Assembly (NCBI GenBank): GCA_013265495.1
Contig: MU058065.1
Coordinates: 4,567,003-4,622,757 of the forward strand
Reading direction: 5' to 3'
DNA length: 55,755 nt
From: Vicugna vicugna
Taxonomy: Eukaryota
In this document: piece by piece, positions 24,785 to 35,966 of the stretch
How the letters are laid out: each line of letters starts with the position of its first letter
Numbering within the stretch: position 1 is the first letter of the stretch
Notes under the pieces: model-generated
The model's database searches: none
The model's input: only the letters and a program-made list of their open reading frames with translations
What the model was told of the DNA's origin: nothing
Translations under genes and position numbers: made by a program

Positions 24785-25264
24785 TATTTGCCCCTCCAGA
24801 TCCGTTCTTCACTCTCCTCTTGCTTTGGACCTCTGGAAACTGATGTCTAGGGAAGCACTATTGGGGTGCCCCTGCCCTCTGGCTTCTGGTTTGGTGTGGC
24901 TATGAGGAAGCACTGCAAGAACATTGGAGAACAGGAGAGGCATGTATTTCCTCAGCTTCTTCCCTTCCTGGACATGAGTCAGACCGAGAACGACTGTCTT
25001 CCTCTGTCCAGGGCCAAGCCTTCTGTCTGGCATCCTTTATCCAGCACAGTTCTCTCTCCAGGTCCCAGTAACTGTTCTGCCCCTTCCCTTCCTCTTTAAG
25101 CCTCCACCACGCAGTCATTGCTTCCTGGTGTTAGTTTCACTTTCCCTTTGGTGTCTTTGCACCCAGTCCACACTTTCCTAAATAGTTCCTTCATTAAGGA
25201 ACTATTTTTCAGGTGGCCCATTTGAGTAGGGTCTCTGTTTCCCTGTGGAATACTAACCGATATA
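24785..25264 (+). mobile_element. ERVL solo LTR, LTR33-like
   Basis: cccctccagatcc...ccctgccctctggcttctggtttgg...gaagcactgcaaga...aaatagttccttcattaa...catttgagt...ctgtttcc. Confidence 0.7.
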
Positions 25265-28007
25265 CTAACTTGACTGATACACTAACTTGATTTACCATGA
25301 GCATTTTCTTTTTAATTATTATTATTGTTTACCACTGAGAAGTCATAATAAAATACAAGGTCTGACAAATGTCTCACGTCTTCAAGGAAGGCAGATAATC
25401 AGGGAATCTGGGGGGAAGGGGATGGTAGATGTAGAGTTTCGCTGTAAATTTATTCAAAAATAAAATCTGAATTCAGTTGTTTTTAGTTTCTGTATATCAT
25501 TTGCTTCCTATCTGTAGAGTATTTTTCATTCAACCCTCTTTGATTTCACTTCCAATCCTGACTGGTCACTTGCTGTTCACACTGAGCCTGACAGTGTTCA
25601 GCATCCACGCTTACACAATACATGTAGTGTAAATATTAAAAAATGAATATATTTACATGAAAATAAGTAAATATAGGACATACACAATAAATATAACTGA
25701 ACAAATGAAAATGAATACATAATTGTCAAATATAAAAACTAATAGGGAAGAATATTCTCACACTTTTAGAGGGAAAAAGATGTTTTAAAAAAGAAATATC
25801 CAGAAAAATATTTTTAAAAGATAAATGCAACATGCTATCAATGCATTTTGGCCAGCTCTGTGCTTAGTGCATAGCACAGAATATCTTAAATTGCTAGGGA
25901 CTTTGTTAATTCTGGTTATTCAGGACTATTCTTTCAGTTTGAAGACCATGCTTTTAGAAACTTTGCCTTTGAGATGAGATCAAGGCTTGGGTTGTGTCTG
26001 CAGTTATTGAAATTACAGGCAGCATTTTGCAGTAGATTGTATGTAATTCTTTATGTTTTGACTGAATTTGAACTTGAGTACGTTCGAACTGTTTGGTGGG
26101 TTTGCTCTTTCAATTGAGAGGGACTAGGGATCCCAATAGTTTTAAGAGAATTTAGTCAACTTTAGTATTAAAAGAGCAAAACGACTTTCAAGTATATGAT
26201 TAGTTTGGAAATGTCCTTGTGCTCTTTTTTAATTTAATTTAATTTTATTCTGATCTTTTGCATTTTGAAAAAAAAATAAGAGGATGCCAAATACTTTACG
26301 TATTAGCCAACGAATAGAAAAATCTTGTAAGAGAATTTTGTGTAAGGCATAGCACCCTATAATCACCCCATAAAAAATAAGAAATATTTACAAATGCCAG
26401 GTTTTCAGTGGTGTAATACATATGGCAGTGACTTAAATAAGTTATTCAGCACAACTGCTCAGGAAATAGACATGTAGGGATTTCTTAACACACTTTGGTA
26501 TTCAGCTCTGAATATGAATATGAGCTTTACAAAATTATTGACATAGAGAACCAGCAAAACGGCAGTGGTTTTCATCTGAGTTCAGTTATAAATCATCCAG
26601 TTCCTTGGTTTAGACTCAAGAATCAGAGCACAGCTTTCCTGCTTCTCAAAGACTTTTCAATGAATTTATTTCTCAGGCGTGTTTCATAGATTTCAATATT
26701 ACAAATCTGTAGAAATGACAGCTGTTTCTCCCCTCCAGACTGGGAGGGAAAATGTAAAGGAAAGAGAGGATTGCTATTCTCCCAACATAAAGGGGAATTT
26801 ACCATAAGGTTTGTCCAAAAAAAAAAAGAATATCAGTGGATTCTGACACTAACAAGTTTCTAAATTTAATGTTTACTCTGTAAAAACGAACATGTTGAAA
26901 AGATTAAATGGAAACCAAGTTAATGATGATGTCATTAAGCAGTTCATACTGGGGGAACTATCTCAGTAGGTAAAACGAGGCTACGTTAATGACTCAGTGC
27001 AGAAATAAAATCAATTCTTAGGACATAAACTTGTTTTAACACCTTGGGAATTTAGGCCTAGTCCTTTCATAATTTGTTTTACACCCTTGGAAGGTAAGAG
27101 TTTATAGCTCTGAGGTCATACCTTTACCAAGATGTAAGTTTCCTTATGATATCTGACTTGTGGATTATTAAAGGTTTACTTGTTCTAATTTTTTAAGACA
27201 TTTGAAAAAAATTCATGCCTTCTTGTTTTTCTGTTCCATGTCAAACACCCCAAAGATGTCAAAAGTATGAGGAAAATTAAAAACAAATTATATTCCAGTT
27301 TCAAAAAACTGTCTTAAGGAAAGTGCTTCATTTCCTTAATAAAGTAGTGAATGAAAGAAATTTTATGCACATAGCAGATTAATCCTTCATTAAACCACCA
27401 ATAGAATTGAGGAGGGGAGTAAATAAAGCCTAAGATTGAGCAAATAAAACCTCTCATCCCCAAATACAGGAAGAACAAAGAGTTTACACCCAGCACAAAC
27501 GTGCAAGGAGCACGTTATTTTAACTGTAGGATCCTATCCATATACATGTGTTTTGATAAACTGCAATGAATCCACTAACCAAAAATGTAACAGCAGCCCC
27601 CTTTCCCAGCAGTGTTCTACCCAAGCAAACACAAAAAGTACAATGGATTTTTAAATGCTCAAGATAATAAAGTTAATTGATGGCATTTGGTGTTTCTCAC
27701 TTTATTAATTACCATGCTTATCTAAGTCCCCAAATACTTTTTAAGCCTTAGCAGTGCCATTTTTCCCTAGGAAGAGATTCATCCTACAGCCCCACCAGCC
27801 CCTCTTTAGTGGTGTCTCAGTCACTTCAGGTAAATTTAGGAAGTGTTTTTTCCTGACCAAAAGTTTTCCCAAGATCTTTCCAAAATAGAAAAACAGAATT
27901 TTATGCAAAGAATATTGCTTCAGATTTATTTTGCTTTATTTTTAGTTTAATGCAAAATAATTTCTCCCTGTACCAAATCAGAAAGATTGTTTTAAAAATA
28001 GCTTTCA

Positions 28008-28107
28008 TTTAGATTGATGTTCACTAGGTCCATCCATGTTGCTACAAATGGCATTATTTTATTCTTTTTTTATGGCAGAGTAGTATTCCATTGTGTGTGT
28101 ATCTATA

Positions 28108-28141
<34 letters not shown>

Positions 28142-28430
28142 CATAACTTCTTTATCCAGTCATCTGTCAATGGACATTTAGGTTGCTGGGAAGGGATACA
28201 TTTGGGAGTTTGAGATTTACAAATGTTAGCCACTGTATATAAAAATAGATTTTTTTAAAAAATTGCTTTTGTATAACACAGGGACCTATGTTCAATATCT
28301 TGTAATAACCTTGAATGGAAAAATAATAAAATGAATGTATGTATGTATGTATGTATATGCATGACTGGGACATTCTGCTGTACTCCAGAAACTGACACAT
28401 TGTAATTGACTGTACTTCAATTAAAAAAAA
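28008..28430 (+). mobile_element. 5'-inverted (twin-primed) truncated L1
   Basis: Inverted ORF2 C-terminal piece 28008-28185 (QPKCP...WIKKL...MEYYSAIK on minus), sense 3' UTR and poly(A) 28186-28430; TSD aaaaatagctttca (27994-28007) / aaaaacagctttca (28426-28439). Confidence 0.88.
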
Positions 28431-29231
28431 CAGCTTTCAGGATAAGCCTCAGTTCCCTAAAGATTTATGAGGCTCTTTCTTTATGGTAAGATTTCGTGCT
28501 AGGTTCCCTGAGAGATGCCTAGGTGAAGAGAATGGACTTACTGATCTCAAACAGCTTATAGTCTAGAAAAAGAGGCAGAAACATATATACCAACTCAGCT
28601 TAAAAATACTACAATAGTGGAGAGGAAAGATTAACCCCACTCTAGATGATCAGGAACATTATGAAAGTGGGATTTGAACATTTATCTTGGATTTGAATCA
28701 CTAAGTTGTCATTGTCACACACGAAGGAGGCCTTGGGACTAAAGCCATATTTATCACAAATCCATAGAAATTCTGAGACTTTCTATCACCTTTCCTATTC
28801 TTTCTTACAAAAGTTAAAAAATCATCTGGCTAATTCAGTGACTTATTTAGTCAGATGCATTGTTTGGCTTCTGAAACTGTTTAGTTGTTCAAAATGAGGA
28901 GGCTGAGTGAGCACCTTGGAAGACATTTACAGGGTGACTGGCTGGAATGAGTAATCATGATTAAACTGTAGTTTTCAAATGCAGAGTTTAACCTTTATAT
29001 TGCCCGAGGTGAATAAAAGTGGATCAAATTTCAAAAATATACAAAACTTATTGAAATGTTGACCTAATTCCCCTTCTGATATTTGGCCCTGTCTGGCGAA
29101 GGTGAGGTTGACAAAAAAGAGTTCTGAGGTGCTCTTGGGGTCTAATATATGTATTAGTTTTTAGAGGAGAGCAAAAGTTCAGGCAAGTGGCACTTGAAAC
29201 CTGCCTGCGACAGTGTTCTTTCTACCATTCA

Positions 29232-29695
29232 TTTTTTTTTAATTGAAGTACAGTCAGTTACAATGTGTCAATTTCTGGTGTACAGCACATGTCCCAGTCA
29301 TGCATATACATACATATATTCATTTTCATATTCTTTTTTCATTAAAGGTTATTACAAGATATTGAATATAGTTAGTTCCCTGTGCTATACAGAAGAAATT
29401 TAGATATTTTTATCTGTTTATATATATATAGTGGCTAACACTTGCAAATCTCAAACTCCCAAATTTATCCCTTCCCACCTCCTTTTCCCCAGTAAGCATA
29501 AGATTGTTTACTATGTATGCAAGTCTGTTTCTGTTTTGTAGATAATGCAATTTGCAGCAACATGGATGGACTTAGAGATCATCACCCTAAGTGAAGTAAA
29601 CCAGAAAGAGAAAGAAAAATACCACGTGATATCACTCATATCTGGAATTAAAAAAAAAAGAAAGAAAAAAAGAGGATACTAATGAACTCATCTAC
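29232..29695 (-). mobile_element. 5'-inverted (twin-primed) truncated L1
   Basis: Poly(T) and minus-strand 3' UTR 29232-29543; plus-strand ORF2 end (FAATWMDLEIITLSEVNQKEKEKYH) 29542-29695; degenerate TSD tctac...ttt. Confidence 0.82.
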
Positions 29696-29959
29696 TTTAG
29701 TTTTTAACTGAAAATTTTTGAAGCTCATGAGCTTGGATGATAAATGAAAGGAAATAATGGAATAGAAACGTCCTCATTTCATTCATTTATCCTCAAAAAG
29801 ATTCTTCCTACTTTAGCAGAGTAACCTCCCCTACTTTTAATACCAACTCAAAGCAGCTATTTGTGAGTTTCATCTGCTGCTCGGTGATTGGTTTACAAAT
29901 GTGTAACTGTAACAATGGCAGCAACGCCATCATGGTTATAATGTACTGGAGCCTTGATG

Positions 29960-30116
29960 CTTCAGATGCCTCCTCAACCAGCAGCATCAGTACCTCTTGG
30001 GAGCTGGTGAGAAATGCATATTTCAGGCCCCAGCCCAGGCCTCTTGAATTAGAATCTTCATTTTACTGAGATTCCCTAGGTGCTTAGTATGCACATTAAA
30101 CTTTGAGGAGAACTGC
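29960..30116 (-). mobile_element. MER5A MITE
   Basis: accagcagcatcagtacctcttgggagctggtgagaaatgca...aggccccagcccag...tatgcacattaaactttgag. Confidence 0.8.
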
Positions 30117-33100
30117 ACTAGAGTTTTGACTTGAAAGGAAAATAATAAAGAAAAATAACACATCCTGCAGAAATTTAGAGCCAGCATTGAAGAGAAACAG
30201 TGCCACTAATGATTAAGGACCTATAGACGTTTTTGCATCTTGTTGTTTTGCCTTGGTATTTAAACACGGTGGTTTGATCCACAATTGATTCCATAAGAAA
30301 AAGGAGCCCCATTTCTCTTTCCTCCAGAGTTCTTTATGGTTCTCTGTCACCATTTTTGATAGGCCAGGGGCCTGCAGTTTGTCTCTGAGACAGAGACAAA
30401 GAAGAATAGCTCGCTGCTGACACAAACAAGAGTCCGGATCAATAATTCAACTGCCACCTGCCAATTGATCCTCCTTTTAAACTCAGCCCCGAAGATTCCG
30501 CAGATCCTGGCTCTCTCCCACCTGGCCCCTTGTGGACATTCAAAGGATTCAGATGAAAGTTGCTGATAGGGGCAGCCCGGACAGTGGTGAGTATCATGGC
30601 CCAGCAATTGTTGGCAGCTTCTCTCTGCTCACCATTAAGGGCTCTTCTCATCCATCAAGGTTTCCTTTTGAACTTTGGCTCACAGATGAAACCCCTGCCA
30701 GAGTAGCTGGAATCTCCAGATCTCAGGACTCTTAAGACACTTTGAGCAGTGGGGTCGACTTGTGAGCTCATTCACTGTTATTTGAGAGAAATCAGAGTTA
30801 TACACAGATGTGAGTAAGAGAAGAAAGAACCATCCCCACAGGCTCTGCTTCCCAAAACATCATAAGCTCCAGGGAAAGAAAATGAGATGCCAGGTCCACT
30901 TGAAGATCCTCAGGAGAACTCAGCCAATGAGCCAGATGTTAGCATGATGTTTATCAGAGGCAGGATCTAAGCATATGAGTTGGGGGCTTTTATCTTACCA
31001 GTGCGTATAGCCATGTGTCTTTGTGTGTGACCGGACAGGATGTTATTAAAGGGCTCATGTTTTGACAGTTGCCTTGGCCATTCACGGGGCCTGGAAGCCA
31101 TGGGTACCCAGAAAAAGTGCCTCTTATGAGGAAATCTCAATCCATCAAAATGAGTATATGGGCGGGTCACAAGCAACGAGCTCACCTGTGTCCAGGTAGT
31201 ATGTAGATTAGTCTCAAAGGTGTGTGAAAGTTAGGAGGCTGGGGTTCGGAGGTTGCTCCCTATGAACTTGGGGCTGACCTTTTCTTCTTTAGGACTTGGT
31301 TCCATTATTCTTCAATGGATGAATTTCAAATGAGTGTACCACAGAACACCACGCCTAGGAAATAAAGGGTTAACACAAGGAGAAGATGTGAGGGGTCACT
31401 ATGTTCAAAGCTTTTGATGTTCAGTTAAGCAGGGAGAACACTGGATTCAATGCAGATCAATGGGCTTCTATCCTTCAAGGTACTTCAGGGTCCATTGCAT
31501 GTCAGCGTGGAAGGTACTTAGCCAGGAGGAGACACGGCCTGCTGGGTCTCCCCAGATCTGTGCCTTGGGTCCCCCCTCAGGGTGACTTGGGTGACAGATC
31601 TTACTGCCCCTCCTGGGTGAGGCTGGGGTGAATGATCTTTAAGATTTGTGACAAGGTTGACATTTCTTGATTCTGTGACCTTGAAGGCCGCCCATTTCCC
31701 TCCTATGTTTCTTCCTTAATAGAACTGTCCGAAACAGCTTCAGTTGTGGGGAAGTGGTTTATATTCTGGGGCACCGCACACCTGGTCTCCCAGGCCTTCC
31801 CAACTATATTTAGGTAAAAACAATCCACTCACAGTTATAAGCCAACACTGAATGTAGAAAATAGATTGAAATATAAATTAACCTAATAGAAGAAAGCAAG
31901 CTGCTTGCTTTTAATTATGATTCGCTCCAAAATAAAATTGAGTAAAACTTACACCAGTGGTTTAAAATAAAATCATTTACTTGAAAGGAGAAAAAAAATG
32001 TCTCTCCATCTATTATCAGACAGTCAGTTTCCAATGTTTCTGGAGTCTAGCTTATATTCTTTCTCTCTAAATAAATAATATAGCTGTGACAGCCACAAGC
32101 AGGACCTTTTTATAGGGAAAATAATTAAAGTTAGAAAACTGCATGCCTATGGTGTTTGCACTAAAGTTTAGTAATTGAGTGTTAATACATTTTGAAAAAG
32201 TGCCAGTTTGGTATATAATGTGTTCTCCTAAAATGAATCATTATAATATAGTATTTTAAATTTTGATGAATTCTGGCATCAAAAGAATTCCAAGTGAAAA
32301 GACAAAAGACTAAGGTTCCAATGTCTTATGGTTTCTAGGAATTGTGCTAGAATTAAAAGGAAATAATAAATTCCCAATTTGGCTTTAACAGAAAATGATA
32401 GAAATATACTTTATATTGTACGGAAGACAGAAGGCTTCCTCAGACTGCAGACTATTGGCTTGTTTTCCTCCTTTTCAAAACTATCAGTAAACGTTTCTCT
32501 GTTTCATAATGACTCCTCCAGTTCATGCGTACTTAGGGGGGTAATTGGTAAGTTATTTGACTTCAAAACGAGCTGCATCCCAGCCTTCAGAAGGGTGGTT
32601 CTTGGAATCAGTCTAATTTTGAGTCCTCATTCCTGGGTAGAACTTATTATTACTAGAAGAATATGTGCTGACAGGCAGAGACAAAAAGGTCACGGAGAAG
32701 GTCACTGTTAAACAGAAATATGATTTATATACTATAAAGCACTCTATTATTATTAGATAGAAATGGAAGTTCAGGGAAAGAATATGGGACTTGAAAAGTC
32801 TCTTATTTCTGAAAGTTCAGACAGATTTCAGGGGGAATTTGTGCCATGAATTTCTACTTCACCAAGAATGAGGCTGCATGGTGAGCAGTGCAGACAAAAT
32901 TAGAGACCGACATAAAAGCCAACATAATCTTTTTTTTATGTTTTACGTTAAACTAGCTAAAAGATTTCATTTTGTCAGCGTAGAGGGAAATTGCATTTAT
33001 GCACAGAAAAGTGAATGTGTTCTTAAATTAGTAATCGTTGGTTTTGAAGGGGAAAAATCTGTTAAACATGGTGTTTCTAATAGCCAAGAGCCCCTGTCTT

Positions 33101-34385
33101 TGCAGTGGCCAGTGTTTTGCATGTTTTCATATTATTTTATTTTTCTGTTTGTTCCGGGGTGGGAAGGAGAGGAGGAGAGGAGGAAGCAGGGGAGAGAGAG
33201 GAGACTAGCTTCGAGTCAGCGTTAGAATGTGATAGATTTTCAAGAGTCAAAACCAGCTTTAGACGTATATACTAAACACCAAAAAACAAAAGAAGGCTAA
33301 TAAATTAAGATGACATCACAAACCACAAAACAGACCCTGTTCCTTTACTGAAGCTAAAGACGTTTTATTGGCACAGGGAAGAGGGTTTTCTTGCCTGGAG
33401 CAGTGTCCCAAATTCTTCAGTTTATCCATCTGCAACTGGTTGACTGTGTTTCACATTGGTGATGAATTAGACTCCGTTTCCTCCGTCTAATCCTTTTCAT
33501 TTATTTATATTTTATGGAGGAAACATAAAAGGCTTCTTAGAAAAATCCAACTGTTTTTGATAAACCTTGTCATGTGCAAATAATGGAGCCTTGTCAGGGC
33601 CAAGCTTTTCTGGAAATTTATACCTTCTAATAATAATTAAAAGGGGGGAAGAAAAAGAAAATCAGAAACAAATAAGAAGTATATTGAATTGGATTCAAAG
33701 CGTGTTTGTGGCTTTGAATCAGTGGCAATAAAGCCTTTTCTATCAAAAAATGTTTAAACATGGCAGTGTAACTAAAATCCGTATTCAGCTTGAATTTGGG
33801 ATTTTTCAAATAGTGAAACCATGACTTCAATTTTGAAGCCCAAGAAAGAAAGAAAACATTTAGCTCTCAGTGAAGCATTATATTAATAGTCTGGGTCTGG
33901 GACAATGAGAAAGAGCTGGCCAATAAGGTGGACTGTAGCTTGATGAAGGACCTTAAATTAGGCTGTAAAGGATCCTCAGCAAGAGGTTTTTCATTATTTC
34001 AAAAAAAGTAGAATTTATGAGAACAAAGACAGACATTTTTGGCTCTTCATGGATCATACATATCTGAGGTTTGATTTTCCAAGCAATTTTTCCAGGGTTT
34101 GACAAAGATATAAATTTTTTTAATTAATAACAATAGTAATTTCTACAAATGGAATATTCTGAGAAAAGAACGGCCAGTTGTATGTTGATTTCTGTCTTTC
34201 CTTCCTTGTATATTTTTTAAATCAGTAGTAACTCTTCAGCTAATTGTGAAAGTCCTACTGAGCAGATTTCATTTGTTTTATTTATTTATTTAATTTTATT
34301 TCATTTGTTTTAAAAACCTAATGGAATATATTTCCTCTTTCTACCTCCCTCCCGACCCCCGATAGTGTAGAGCTTCCGTTTATGG

Positions 34386-34558
34386 TAGAAGTTCTCAATC
34401 TTGAATGTTCATTAGAGTTTTCTATGAACTTCTAAAAATATCGATGCCTGGCTCACCTCAGACCAGTTGAAACTAAGTCTATGGGGCTGTGATCCCAGCC
34501 ATTTGTTTTTAAAACTTCTTCAGGTGATTCTAATGCACAGCGAGGTTGAGCACCACTG
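34386..34558 (+). mobile_element. MER5B-like MITE
   Basis: gttctcaatcttg...gatgcctgg...caggtgattctaatgcacagcgaggttgagcaccactg. Confidence 0.75.
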
Positions 34559-34669
34559 CTCCGTGGGATTACATCAGAATCTTATTAGAGTAAAATGTTA
34601 CCATGGGACCAAGAACCTTATGATCATTTATATGATCAGAATTCTACCCACTTTCCAACCTCACAGGGC

Positions 34670-34850
34670 GTGGAGGCAACATGGGGGTTGGGAATTCATA
34701 GGGTTATGAGTTCAAGTCCAGGCTCTGTAATTTCCTTCACAAAAGATCTTGATCTTGCCTATCAAAGAGGCTGCTTAATAATGTTCTTAGAAGGCTGTGG
34801 GGAAATTAAATAAGACAACTGAAGAATGTGGAGGGTGCCAGCCAGGAGGT
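34670..34850 (+). mobile_element. Degenerate MIR
   Basis: tgagttcaagtccaggctctg...ggctgtggggaaattaaataaga. Confidence 0.5.
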
Positions 34851-35538
34851 CAGTGCGTCCCTACTACACATGGATTTGTCAGGCGAGCATCTAGTCCATG
34901 CAGGTGATGAAAGATGTCACCTGCCTTCTTTGTCAAAATGGACTTTGGGGGCAAACACAGCAGGAAAAGGAGGAACTGCTTGTGGCTGAAGGAAAACATT
35001 ATCACTTCATTGTCGAAAATGGAAATCACCTCTGAGACACATGCTATACATCATAAGATACAAGAGAGACTTCAAAGCCACCTAGCCCTTGCACTGACTT
35101 GGAAGATGCTCTGGTAGAGAAATCACAATGCCTGCAAAGGCAAATACACAAAAGCACCTCCCTCCCCAGCCTAGATCTTCTTTCCTCCTCAAGGAAATGC
35201 AAGGAAGAGATTTTAACGAGGATTCCTGTACTTCTGTGTGGAGTTGGCCAAGAGATATTCTGTATTCACAAATACTGTTGGGACCCTTTAGCCTCCCCAC
35301 TGTGTGCTCTCCATTGGGATATCCATGTTGCACAACGCCTTATGGAGGGACGGTATCTATAGATTCTCCACAAAAGATGCTTCCCTTCCATTCCCCGTGC
35401 TTCATTTTCACGTCATTATCTCATTCTTGTCCATCAGTGTTTGGTATCCCCAGCTCTTGTAGTCTTCTTGGCATTCTTTTTACAACTTGACCTGGTGCAC
35501 CTTCCATGTGGCTGATTGCTCAATGCAGTTTCATTGAT

Positions 35539-35966
35539 TGTATGAATTCACTAGGGCTGCCCTACAAAGAAATGCAGACTAAGTGGCTTAAATAACACAG
35601 ATGGATTTTCTCATAGTTCTGGAGGCCAGAAGTCTGAGACCAAGACGGCAGCATGGTTGATTCCTTCCAAGGGCTATGAGGCAAAGGTCAGTTCCAGACT
35701 TCTTTCCTTAGCTTATAGATGGCTGTCCTCTTCCTGTGTCTCTTCACCTCATCTCCCTCTGTGCATGTCTGTGTCCAGATTTCATCTTCTTGTTACAAGG
35801 AAGCCACTCAAACTGGGATAGGGCCCAGCCTAAGAACCCCATTTTAACTTGGTTACTTCTGTAAAAAGCCTGTCTCCAAATACAGTCATATTCTGAGAAA
35901 ATGGGGGTTAGGACTCATGAAATTTGAGTAGGGTGCAGGGGGGAGTGCACAATTCAGCCCATAACA
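35539..35966 (-). mobile_element. MaLR solo LTR MLT1B/C-like
   Basis: ctagggctgcc...catagttctggaggccagaagtctgagaccaag...tgtctccaaatacagtcatattctgag...cacaattcagcccataaca; TSD ttgat (35534-35538) / ttgac (35967-35971). Confidence 0.88.

Noticed and set aside
18520..27000. Isolated AP-1 (TGAGTCA/TGACTCA) sites and lone gtaag donors
   Set aside because: Short motifs at about chance frequency without supporting context
35082..35490. Three overlapping ORFs (83-120 aa)
   Set aside because: No homology I can recognise; slightly higher GC explains the lack of stops
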